DNA of 64,000 nucleotides, taken from positions 13,435 through 77,434 of the forward strand of contig DASZHA010000081.1 of the NCBI GenBank assembly GCA_035938265.1. Reading direction: 5' to 3'. The notes beneath the pieces were generated by a model. That model did no database searches. It was not told where the DNA came from and saw only the letters and a program-made list of their open reading frames with translations. Shown in pieces: positions 16,536 to 30,115 of the stretch (positions are counted from its first letter, which is position 1; the number at the start of each line of letters is the position of its first letter). Source of the DNA: Candidatus Dormiibacterota bacterium (GTDB lineage Bacteria > Chloroflexota > Dormibacteria > DASZGP01). The translations under genes were made by a program, and so were the position numbers.

Positions 16536-18416
16536 ATGACCAGGGATATCCAGGCGGAGCAGGCGGAGCTGATGCGGCTGGTGGGCGACCGGACGATGGC
16601 GTCGGTGTTCGCCGGGACCGTGGAAGCGCACCGCGACGAGCCCGCGCTCAGCTGGAAGACGGCCGACGGCTGGCACACCCTGACCTGGGGCGAGTACCAC
16701 GACCAGGTCCGCCTGGTGGCCCTGGGGCTGCGCGCGATCGGCTTCGCCCCTGGCGAGTTCGGCGCGATCATGGCCCGCAACCGTCCCGAGCACCTCGTCG
16801 CCGACCTCGGCATTATGCACGCGCAGGGAACCCCGGTCAGCCTCTACAACACCCTGGCGGCTGAGCAGGTGCAGTACATCGCGGCGCACTGCGAGGCGGC
16901 GGTCGCCTTCGTCGAGGATGCCGGTTTCCTGGATCGCTTCAAGGCGGTGCGCGACCAGCTGCCGGCGCTGCGCAAGGTCATCGTCATGGAGCCCTCGCCC
17001 GCCTCCGACGACGACTGGCTGATGAGCTGGCACGACCTCCTGGAGCTGGGCCGGCGCAAGGGTGAGGCGGAGCCGGAGCTGTTCGACACCATGTGGAGGC
17101 AGGTCCGCCAGGACGACCTCGCCACCCTGATCTACACCTCGGGCACCACCGGGCCGCCCAAGGGGGTGATGGACTCCCAGCGCCAGGTGGTGGCAATGAC
17201 CGAGATCGGGAACACGTTTCTGCCCGTCAACGCGGGTGACCGGCACCTCTCCTACCTTCCCTTTGCCCATGCCTTCGAGCGCTTCATCGGCCACTGGGAC
17301 GCCATCGCCTGGGCCATCCACGTCCACTTCTGCCCTGACCCCGCCCAGCTCTTCGCCTACGCCGGCGAGGTTCACCCCAGCGGGATGATCGGCGTACCCC
17401 GGGTCTGGGAGAAGCTGTCAGCCGCGCTCCAGGCGGGAATCGCCGCGGAGCCCGACGAGCAGCGTCGCACCGGGATCGAGGGGGCGATCGAGGTCGGTCG
17501 CAAGATCGTCCGGCTGCGCCAGGCGGGGCAGCCGATCCCGGCGGAGCTGGAGGCCGCCGTGGAGAAGTGCCGTCCGGTGTGGCAGGCCCTCAAGGCCAAG
17601 GTTGGACTGGACCAGTGCGCCTGGGCCATCACCGGCGCGGCTCCCATCGGCATCGACGTCATCGAGTTCTTCCAGGCGATCGAGCTGCGGCTGGTCGAGG
17701 GTTGGGGAATGACGGAGACCACGGTCGGCGCCACCTTCGCCCCAGACCTGGACTCCCACCGCAACGGCACGGTCGGGCGGGCGGACTTCGGCGACGAAGT
17801 CGTCCTCGCTGTCGATGGCGAGATCCTGGTTCGCGGCCCCAACATCGCCCAGGGCTACTACAAGATGCCCGAGCAGACCGCCGAGACGTTCGACGCCGAT
17901 GGCTGGCTCCACACCGGTGACATCGGCACCATCGACGACGACGGCTATGTCAGCATCGTCGACCGCAAGAAGGAGCTGATCATCACCGCCGGCGGCAAGA
18001 ACATCTCGCCGGCCAACCTGGAGAACCTGCTCAAGCAGCATCCCCTGGTCGGCCAGGCGTGCGCCATCGGCGACAGGAGGCCCTTCGTCAGCGCCCTGAT
18101 CGTCCTCGACCAGGAGGTGGCGCCAGGCTGGGCGCAACGCCAGGGCATCGAGTTCTCCTCGATCGCCGAGCTGGCCGAGCACCCCGCCGTGGTGGCCGCG
18201 GTCCAGGAGGCGGTGGACGAGTGCAACCGGCACGTCTCCAAGGTGGAGTCGATCCGCAAGTTCGCCATCCTGCCGGTGGAATGGACCGCGGAGTCGGAGG
18301 AGCTGACGCCCACTCTCAAGCTCAAGCGCCGCGTGGTCTTCGACAAGTACGGCGACGTGGTCGAGCGGATGTACTCCAGCCCCGCACCGCAGGCGGAGGC
18401 CGTCCCCGCGGGCTGA
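16536..18416 (+). CDS. Long-chain acyl-CoA synthetase (AMP-forming)
   Basis: Trimmed to ATG 16536, with GGAGGTG 6 nt upstream. AMP-binding motif LIYTSGTTGPPKGV, plus GWLHTGDIG and DRKKELIITAGGKNISP. Confidence 0.85.
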   Translation: MTRDIQAEQAELMRLVGDRTMASVFAGTVEAHRDEPALSWKTADGWHTLTWGEYHDQVRLVALGLRAIGFAPGEFGAIMARNRPEHLVADLGIMHAQGTPVSLYNTLAAEQVQYIAAHCEAAVAFVEDAGFLDRFKAVRDQLPALRKVIVMEPSPASDDDWLMSWHDLLELGRRKGEAEPELFDTMWRQVRQDDLATLIYTSGTTGPPKGVMDSQRQVVAMTEIGNTFLPVNAGDRHLSYLPFAHAFERFIGHWDAIAWAIHVHFCPDPAQLFAYAGEVHPSGMIGVPRVWEKLSAALQAGIAAEPDEQRRTGIEGAIEVGRKIVRLRQAGQPIPAELEAAVEKCRPVWQALKAKVGLDQCAWAITGAAPIGIDVIEFFQAIELRLVEGWGMTETTVGATFAPDLDSHRNGTVGRADFGDEVVLAVDGEILVRGPNIAQGYYKMPEQTAETFDADGWLHTGDIGTIDDDGYVSIVDRKKELIITAGGKNISPANLENLLKQHPLVGQACAIGDRRPFVSALIVLDQEVAPGWAQRQGIEFSSIAELAEHPAVVAAVQEAVDECNRHVSKVESIRKFAILPVEWTAESEELTPTLKLKRRVVFDKYGDVVERMYSSPAPQAEAVPAG

Positions 18417-18432
18417 CGCCCTTAGTGGCCGG

Positions 18433-20268
18433 CTAGCCCTGCCCCGCGGACCGGCCCCGCGTGGGCGCCGGCCGCGCCTGGGAGAGAGCCTTGGCAATTC
18501 GCGCCGGGAGCCGGTCGCGAGCCAGCTGCTCCAACCGCCGCGGCAGGGGAATGCGCCAGTTGGGCCAGCTCTCGACGGTGCCAGGCATGTTGAGGCGACG
18601 GGCCTGCCCGCTGGCGTCGGCCAGCGACGCCAGCACCAGGCGGCACGGCGAGGCGCCCAGCGCCTGGTAGGCCGCGACGACGACATCGTCCACGCCAGCA
18701 CCTGGGCTGGGGACAGCCGCCGCCAGCAGCCGGCGGCGCATCCGGGCGGTTCCCCCGGGGTTGGGTCGGTGGCCCGCCGCCGCCTCGTCCTCGACGTCGC
18801 TACCGGACCACAAACCAGCTGTGGTGGGCAGGTCATGGGTGGTCATCGACGCCACCGCCTGGCGGGGCCACCGGTCCGGCGGCCGCGACTCGAACCACAG
18901 CACCCGCGAGGAGAGCACGCCCCGGCGGCGAAGCTCGTGTCGCACCCCGGCTTCGACGGTGCCGAGGTCCTCACCGACAACCATGGCCCGCGCCCTCTGG
19001 CTCTCGAGCGCGAGGACGTCCAGCATCTCGGCGGCGGGGTAGCGCACGTAGGCACCCTCCTCCGGCGCACAACCGTCCGGGATCCACCACAGCCGGAAGA
19101 GGCCCAGCACGTGGTCGATTCGCACGCCGCCGCCGTGCCGCATCGCCGCCCGGAAGGTGGAGGCCAGCGGCGCGTACCCCGCGGCGCGGAGGCGGGCCGG
19201 GTCGAAGGCGGGCAGGCCCCAGTCCTGGCCGTCGCGGTTGAAGGTGTCGGGCGGGGCCCCGATCCGGATCCCCGGCGCCAGCAGGTCCTGGTTGGCCCAG
19301 GCGTCCGCACCGCGGGGGTCGAAGCCGACGGCGACGTCGTGCATCAGGGGGGTCTCGCGGGCCGCCGCCTGCAGCTGCACCTCCAGCACCCACTCCAGCC
19401 ACGCGTGGAAGCCAACATGGTCCGCCTCCTCGGTGGCGACGCGAGCGACGGCGGCGGAATCGGGGTCGTGGAAGCGCGCTGGCCAGGATCGCCACCCGCT
19501 GCCGAATCGCTCGGTGAGGACGTTGAAGATGGCGAAGCGCTCCAGGTCCTGCCCACCCGCGGTGCGGAAGGCGTCGAAGCGGCGATCGCCCTCGGCAGCC
19601 TGCCAGGCCGCTTCGAGGGCGCGCATCTTGGTGGTGAAGACGGCGTCCCGGTCGATCAACTTGGAGCTGTTGATCCGCCGCAGGGTGGCGGCAGTCTCGG
19701 CGGCAACCCCGCCCCCGACCGGCTCCTCGTCGACCGCGATGTAGAGCGGGTTGCCGAACAGCCGGCTGGAGGCGAAGTAGGGGCTGGTCTCCTGCGGCAA
19801 CAGAGGCAGGGGGGCTGATAGGGGATTGAGGAGGATTACCGAGGCTCCCTGGCGGCGAGCCCAACGGCCCAGGCGCCGGAGGTCGCCAGCGTCGCCGATG
19901 CCCCAGCTCCGCGCCGACCGGCAGGCATAGAGGGGGGCGTCCCAGCCCCACGCCGGGGGACCCTCCGGCTGGTGACAAGTCCCGGGGCTAACGACCAGCA
20001 GCCGCCCTGCACCGTCCGCGACCAGCCGGTGGTAGCCAATCGGCAGGTCCGCCGGCAGCACGCCGCCGGCGACGTGCGCCTCCCCCCCGCTCTCGGTGTA
20101 GACCGTGGCCCGCTGCACCGGTAGCCGGTCGCCAGGTCGCGCGAACAGCGGCAGCGCCCCCCCGGGGCCGGCGTCGCCGGTCGCCTCCATGGCGCCGAGA
20201 ACAGCCTCCAGGGTTTGGTCGGGGACGCGGCGCCGCCGGCGGTCCGCGCCCAGGTAATCGACCATCAC
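18433..20268 (-). CDS. malQ: 4-alpha-glucanotransferase (amylomaltase)
   Basis: 611 aa. SWGIGDAGDLRRLGRWARRQGASVILLNPL, IDHVLGLFRLWWIP and TTHDLPT are typical GH77 motifs. The start is GTG 20268 or ATG 20265. Confidence 0.85.
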   Translation of the reverse strand: MMVDYLGADRRRRRVPDQTLEAVLGAMEATGDAGPGGALPLFARPGDRLPVQRATVYTESGGEAHVAGGVLPADLPIGYHRLVADGAGRLLVVSPGTCHQPEGPPAWGWDAPLYACRSARSWGIGDAGDLRRLGRWARRQGASVILLNPLSAPLPLLPQETSPYFASSRLFGNPLYIAVDEEPVGGGVAAETAATLRRINSSKLIDRDAVFTTKMRALEAAWQAAEGDRRFDAFRTAGGQDLERFAIFNVLTERFGSGWRSWPARFHDPDSAAVARVATEEADHVGFHAWLEWVLEVQLQAAARETPLMHDVAVGFDPRGADAWANQDLLAPGIRIGAPPDTFNRDGQDWGLPAFDPARLRAAGYAPLASTFRAAMRHGGGVRIDHVLGLFRLWWIPDGCAPEEGAYVRYPAAEMLDVLALESQRARAMVVGEDLGTVEAGVRHELRRRGVLSSRVLWFESRPPDRWPRQAVASMTTHDLPTTAGLWSGSDVEDEAAAGHRPNPGGTARMRRRLLAAAVPSPGAGVDDVVVAAYQALGASPCRLVLASLADASGQARRLNMPGTVESWPNWRIPLPRRLEQLARDRLPARIAKALSQARPAPTRGRSAGQG

Positions 20269-20388
20269 GCCGTGACGGCCAGCGAGGCGGCGGAGCTCGG
20301 CCCGGCCCGGGGTGGCCAGGGCTACTTGCGCATGGAGGCCTGGCGCCCGAGCAATGGGTACACTTGACCTCTCACGTTAGCTTGGGCC

Positions 20389-20403
20389 GATGCTATCAGC
20401 ATC
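20389..20403 (+). promoter_or_regulatory. Perfect 15-bp palindrome GATGCT-ATC-AGCATC in the malQ/glgX divergent intergenic region
   Basis: Read directly at 20389-20403, about 60 nt upstream of the glgX start. Candidate operator for a dimeric regulator. Confidence 0.3.
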
Positions 20404-20462
20404 CGCGGCGACGGAGCTTCTTTGGGCGACCATCAGCGACCCGCAGGCACAAAAAGGAGGAT

Positions 20463-24591
<4,129 letters not shown>

Positions 24592-24595
<4 letters not shown>

Positions 24596-26385
24596 GCGAT
24601 AAGAGGGCTGTGAGCGGTCAAACGACGCCTGTGAGCGCTAAGAGAGGTCCTGGCAAGCCCTCCACGCGGCCCCAGGGGCTCGTCGCCGACAGCCCGGGCC
24701 CTGCCCTGCCGGGCGCCGACCCGCACTGGTACCGGCACGCGGTTTTCTACGAGCTGCTGGTCCGTGGCTTCGCCGACGGCAACGCCGATGGCATCGGCGA
24801 CCTCCCCGGGCTGATCGACCGGCTCGACTACCTGGAATGGCTCGGCGTCGACTGTCTCTGGCTCCTACCCATCAACCAGAGCCCGTTGCGGGACGGCGGC
24901 TATGACATCAGTGACTACTACTCCATCCAACCGGAGTACGGCGACGAGGAAGACCTGCGCGCCCTCATCGATGAGGCGCACCGCCGCGGCATGCGCGTGA
25001 TCATGGACATGGTCATGAACCACACCTCGGACCAGCATCCCTGGTTCCAGGAGGCGAGGTCGTCACCCGACAACCCCAAGCGCGACTGGTACGTTTGGTC
25101 GCAGACCAAGAACCGCTACACCGACGCGCGCATCATCTTCGTCGACACCGAGCCCAGCAACTGGACGTGGGACGAGCAGGCCGAGGCTTATTACTGGCAC
25201 CGCTTCTTCAGCCACCAGCCCGACCTCAACTACGACAACCACGAGGTCCGCGCCGAGATGGTCAAGGTGCTGCGCCACTGGCTCGACCTGGGCCTCGACG
25301 GCTTCCGCCTGGACGCCGTGCCCTACCTCTACGAGCGCGAGGGCACCAGCAGCGAGAACCTCCCCGAGACCCACACTTTCCTGGCCACCCTGCGCGAGGT
25401 CATCGACCGCGACTACGGTGGCGACCGGGTGCTGATCGCGGAGGCCAACCAGTGGCCGGAGGACGTCGTCGAGTACTTCGGCAGCGAGCAGCACCCTGAG
25501 TGCCACATGTGCTTCCACTTTCCCCTGATGCCGCGCATGTTCATGGCCCTGCGGCGCGAGCAGCGCTACCCCATCACTGAGATCCTGGAGCGCACCCCGG
25601 CCATCCCCGGCTTCGGCCAGTGGGGCCTGTTCCTGCGCAACCACGACGAGCTGACCCTGGAGATGGTCACCGAGGACGAGCGCGACTACATGTGGACGGA
25701 GTACGCTCGCGACCCTCGGATGAAGCTCAACCTCGGCATCCGCCGCCGGCTGGCGCCGCTGCTGGCCAACGGCCGCCGCCAGATGGAGCTCTTCTATGGC
25801 CTGCTGCTGTCCCTGCCCGGAACGCCCATCCTCTACTACGGGGATGAAATCGGGATGGGCGACAACATCTACCTCGGCGACCGGGATGGCGTGCGCACGC
25901 CGATGCAGTGGACCGCGGACCGCAACGCCGGCTTCAGCCGCTCCGATTTCGCCCAGCTCTACCTGCCGCCGCTGATGGACCCGGTGTACGGTTTCGCCGC
26001 GGTCAACGTCGAGGGCCAGCAGCGCAACGAGTCCTCCATGCTGCACTGGCTGCGACGCTTCCTCGCCGTGCGACGCCGCTACCAGGTCTTCGGTGAGGGC
26101 GACTTCGAGGCGCTCGACGCCGACAACCCTTCGGTCTTCGCCTTCCTGCGCAGCAATGAGAACCAGACCATCCTCTGCGTCAACAACCTTTCACGGTTCG
26201 TGCAGCCGGTGGAGCTCGACCTCCGCCGCTACACGGACCGGCGGCCGGTGGAGCTGCTGGGGCGGGTGCCGTTCCCCAGGATCGGCGAGCTGCCCTACTT
26301 CCTTACGATCGCGCCGCACAGCTTCTACTGGTTCGAGATCAGCGATGCCCCTGTGCCTGCCGTGGGCGGCGAGGGGCAGGGATGA
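24592..26385 (+). CDS. treS: Trehalose synthase / maltose alpha-D-glucosyltransferase
   Basis: Track ORF 24433..26385 trimmed to GTG 24592 (GTGA overlap with the glgE stop); a later start is possible. Motifs: [50 protein letters not shown]. Confidence 0.88.
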
Positions 26386-27875
26386 GCCAGCCCGAATCCC
26401 CCGCCGACCTGCTGAAGTCGGCCGGGCTGCCCCAGCCCGAGTCACAGCTGATGGACTACCTGCGCCGGCAACGATGGTTCAGCGGCAAGGACCGCGAGAT
26501 CGAGCGCGTCGTGATCGAAGACGCGGGCATCGCCGAGGGCGAGCCCTCCCTGGTCCCGGTCCTGCTCCGCGCCGAGTACGCCGACTCCGGCTGGGAGCGC
26601 TACAGCCTGCCGTTATCGGTGCGCCCCGCCGCCAACGCCGACTACCGGGACGCCGCGCTGGTCGCCGAGGGGCTGCGCGATGGCGAGCCGGTGGTGGTCC
26701 TTGACGCCCTCCTCGACCGCCAAGCCGCAGCGCGCTTCTGGGGTCTACTCGAAGGGGCGGACCCCCTGCCGACCCTCAACGGCGAGCTGGCCGGCAGCGG
26801 TGCGGGCCGGCCGGCCCATGACGCCGAGATCCACACCCTGCCGCGCGACCAGAGCAACACCATGCTGGTGCGCGGCGAGACCGAGCTGCTCAAGTGCTTC
26901 CGTAAGCTGGAGGGCACCAGCTCCCCGGAGTTCGAGATGCTGGAGGCGCTGAAGGACGCCGGCTTCGGCCACATCCCGACGCCCCTGGGCCTGATCGAGT
27001 ACCGCACCGCGGCGGCCGAGCCCGTGGTGGTGGCCATGCTCCAGCCCTACCTCCACAACGCCACCGACGGCTGGGCCATCGCCATGACCTCGCTGCGCGA
27101 TCTCTACGCCGCCGCCGACGAGTCCGAGGTCGAAGATGAGGCCGAGATTCGCGACCTGGTGGACGACCAGGGATCGGACTTCACCCCGGATGCGGCCAGG
27201 CTGGGCGCCGTCATCGCCGAGATGCACCTGGCCCTGGCTGGGGACAGCATGCCCGAGCCGATGCGGGCGCAGCCCGCCGGTCCTACCGACCTGCGAGCGT
27301 GGGCTGACGACATGCTGGCCGACCTGGAGACGCTGGCCCGGGCCGACCGGAACCTCGCGGCGAAGGCGGCGCGGGAGGGGCTGCGGCGACGAATCGACGC
27401 CATCGCCGACCTGCCCGAGGCGGGGCTCGCCATCCGGGTGCACGGTGACCTCCACCTCGGCCAGACCGCGCGAACCGACGATGGCTGGGTCATCCTCGAT
27501 TTCGAGGGCGAACCCTCGCGCAGCGTCGAAGCGCGACGGCGGCGGGCGTCGGCGCTCAAGGACGTGGCCGGCATCCTCCGCTCCCTGGACTACGCCTCCG
27601 CCGTGGCGCTGCTGAACTGGACCAACCCCGATGACCCGCGCTGGACCCGGCTGCAGCGATTCGGCGACGCCTGGGCCAGGGTCAACCAGGAGGCCCTCTG
27701 GGATACATATGTCGCCACCGTCGGGGCATCCCCGCTGCTGCCCCCCGCGGAGATGGCGCCGGCATTGCTGGATGCCTACGAGGTGCAGAAGGCGCTCTAT
27801 GAGCTGGCCTACGAGCTGAACCACCGGCCGGACTGGGCGTGGATCCCGCTGCGCTATCTCGAGTCGCCGGCCTGA
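26382..27875 (+). CDS. pep2: Maltokinase (maltose 1-phosphate-forming)
   Basis: ATGA overlap with treS. Motifs [25 protein letters not shown] and ILDFEGEP are typical of Pep2/Mak. It is a stand-alone gene here, not fused to treS. Confidence 0.85.
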   Translation: MSQPESPADLLKSAGLPQPESQLMDYLRRQRWFSGKDREIERVVIEDAGIAEGEPSLVPVLLRAEYADSGWERYSLPLSVRPAANADYRDAALVAEGLRDGEPVVVLDALLDRQAAARFWGLLEGADPLPTLNGELAGSGAGRPAHDAEIHTLPRDQSNTMLVRGETELLKCFRKLEGTSSPEFEMLEALKDAGFGHIPTPLGLIEYRTAAAEPVVVAMLQPYLHNATDGWAIAMTSLRDLYAAADESEVEDEAEIRDLVDDQGSDFTPDAARLGAVIAEMHLALAGDSMPEPMRAQPAGPTDLRAWADDMLADLETLARADRNLAAKAAREGLRRRIDAIADLPEAGLAIRVHGDLHLGQTARTDDGWVILDFEGEPSRSVEARRRRASALKDVAGILRSLDYASAVALLNWTNPDDPRWTRLQRFGDAWARVNQEALWDTYVATVGASPLLPPAEMAPALLDAYEVQKALYELAYELNHRPDWAWIPLRYLESPA

Positions 27876-30115
27876 TGGCGCGCGCCACGTCCGTGAGCCA
27901 GGCAGAGCTCGACCTTCTCGCGGCCGGCCGCCACCACGATCCCCACCAGGTCCTGGGCCGGCACCCCGAAGGCGGGGCGAACAGTTTCCGAGCCTGGCAG
28001 CCGGCGGCCGAGAAGGCCTGGCTGCTGCTGGGAGAAGACACCAGGGCCAAGCCCATGCGCGCCCTGGGCGGCGGGTTGTTCGAGGTCGAGGTCAGCGACG
28101 CGGTCGCCGGCGGCCACCGCTTCCGCTTTGCCAATGCCAGTGGCAAGTGGACCGTCGACGACCCCTATGCCTTCCTCCCCACCCTGGGCGAGCTCGACCT
28201 GCACCTGTTCGCGGAGGGACGGCACCTCGAGCTGTGGCAGCGGCTCGGCGCCCGTGTGCTGGAGCAGGAGGTCCCCGACCCGGACGGCGGCGTGCGCCAG
28301 GTGCGGGGCACCGCCTTCTCGGTCTGGGCTCCCAATGCCGAGGGGGTCAGCCTGGCCAGCGACTTCGGCTCCTGGGACGAGCTGGTCCACCCCATGCGGT
28401 CGCTGGGAAGCAGCGGCGTGTGGGAGCTGTTCGTCCCTGGGATCGCTGCCGGCACCAGGTACAAGTTCTCCGTGCTGGGCGCCGACGGCAAGCGCACCCT
28501 CAAGGCCGATCCCATGGCGCGCGCCACCGAGCTGCCCCCCTCCACGGCGAGCGTGGTCGAGGCCGCCAAGCACCATTGGCGAGACGACGCCTGGCTCGAG
28601 CGGCGCCGCACCTGGGACGGCCACACCCAGCCGCTGTCGATCTACGAGGTCCACCTCGGGTCGTGGCGGCGCAACCCGGACGGCGGCCTGCTGAGCTACC
28701 GCGAGCTGGGCGACCAGCTGGCCGACTACTGCGTCGGCATGGGCTTCACCCACGTGGAGCTGATGCCGGTGATGGAGCACCCCTTCGCCGGCTCCTGGGG
28801 CTACCAGGTCACCAGCTACTTCGCCCCCACCTCCCGGCACGGCTCGCCAGACGACCTGCGCTGGATGATCGACCACCTCCACCAGCGCGGCATCGGCGTC
28901 ATCGTCGACTGGGTGCCGGCCCACTTTCCCAGGGACGAGTGGGCCCTCGCCCGTTTCGACGGCACCGCGCTGTACGAGCATGAGGACCCCCGCCTCGGCG
29001 AGCATCCGGACTGGGGAACCCTGATCTTCAACTACGCCCGCAAGGAAGTGCGCAACTTCCTGGTCGCGTCAGCCCATTACTGGGCCGAGGAGTTCCACGT
29101 CGACGGCCTGCGCGTGGACGCGGTGGCGTCGATGCTCTACCTCGACTACTCCCGCAAGGCGGGCCAGTGGGTGCCCAACGAGTTCGGGGGCCGCGAGAAC
29201 CTGGCCGCCGTGGACTTCCTGCGCGAGACCAACACCACGCTGGCAGAGCGACATCCCGGCGTCATGGTGGTGGCCGAGGAATCAACCGCCTGGGGCGGCG
29301 TCACCCGCCCGACGACCGCCGGCGGGCTCGGCTTCAGCCACAAGTGGAACATGGGCTGGATGCACGACACCCTCGACTACGTCAGCAAGGACCCGGTCTT
29401 CCGTCGCCACCACCACGCCGAGATGACCTTCGGGCTGCTCTACGCATGGAGCGAGCACTACATCCTTCCCCTCTCCCACGACGAGGTCGTCCACGGCAAG
29501 GGGTCGCTGTACGGCAAGATGCCCGGCGACCCCTGGCGCCGCCACGCCAACCTGCGGGCGCTGCTGGCATGGATGTGGGCCCACCCCGGCAAGGAGCTTC
29601 TCTTCATGGGAGGTGAGCTGGCCCAGGAGCGCGAGTGGTCGCACGAGCGAAGCCTCGATTGGGACCTGCTCAAGCGCCGTGCTCACCGAGGCACGCAGCA
29701 GCTCATCCGGGACCTCAACCGGACCTATAGGGAGACCCCGGCCCTGTGGCAGCTGGACTCCAACCCCGACGGCTTCGAGTGGATTGACGCCGGCAACGCT
29801 GACCAGAACGTCCTGTCCTTCATCCGCCGCGACGCCGACGGCAACCCCGGCCTGGTCTGCGTCGCCCACTTCTCCCCCGAGGTCCGCTCCGACTTCAGGG
29901 TCGGGCTACCACAGGCCGGCGCCTGGCGCGAGGCGGTCAACACCGACGCCGAGGTCTACGGCGGTGGCAACGTCGGTAACTGGGGCCGCGTCGTCGCCGA
30001 GGACGTCGGCTGGAACGGTCAGCCGTCGTCGGCGGTCTTGACGCTCCCGCCGCTGGCGGTGGTCTGGCTGGTGCCCGAGTCGTCCCGCGCCGCCAGGCGC
30101 GCCGCCGGCAGGTAG
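27875..30115 (+). CDS. glgB: 1,4-alpha-glucan branching enzyme
   Basis: ATG 27875 shares one base with the pep2 stop. Motifs: HDPHQVLGRHP, YEVHLGSW, GVIVDWVPAHF, GLRVDAVASMLY, VAEESTAW. Confidence 0.9.
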   Translation: MARATSVSQAELDLLAAGRHHDPHQVLGRHPEGGANSFRAWQPAAEKAWLLLGEDTRAKPMRALGGGLFEVEVSDAVAGGHRFRFANASGKWTVDDPYAFLPTLGELDLHLFAEGRHLELWQRLGARVLEQEVPDPDGGVRQVRGTAFSVWAPNAEGVSLASDFGSWDELVHPMRSLGSSGVWELFVPGIAAGTRYKFSVLGADGKRTLKADPMARATELPPSTASVVEAAKHHWRDDAWLERRRTWDGHTQPLSIYEVHLGSWRRNPDGGLLSYRELGDQLADYCVGMGFTHVELMPVMEHPFAGSWGYQVTSYFAPTSRHGSPDDLRWMIDHLHQRGIGVIVDWVPAHFPRDEWALARFDGTALYEHEDPRLGEHPDWGTLIFNYARKEVRNFLVASAHYWAEEFHVDGLRVDAVASMLYLDYSRKAGQWVPNEFGGRENLAAVDFLRETNTTLAERHPGVMVVAEESTAWGGVTRPTTAGGLGFSHKWNMGWMHDTLDYVSKDPVFRRHHHAEMTFGLLYAWSEHYILPLSHDEVVHGKGSLYGKMPGDPWRRHANLRALLAWMWAHPGKELLFMGGELAQEREWSHERSLDWDLLKRRAHRGTQQLIRDLNRTYRETPALWQLDSNPDGFEWIDAGNADQNVLSFIRRDADGNPGLVCVAHFSPEVRSDFRVGLPQAGAWREAVNTDAEVYGGGNVGNWGRVVAEDVGWNGQPSSAVLTLPPLAVVWLVPESSRAARRAAGR

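Noticed and set aside
20364-20400. TTGACC as a -35 element of a glgX promoter
   Set aside because: No acceptable -10 hexamer lies at 16-19 nt spacing, so it is not reported as a feature.
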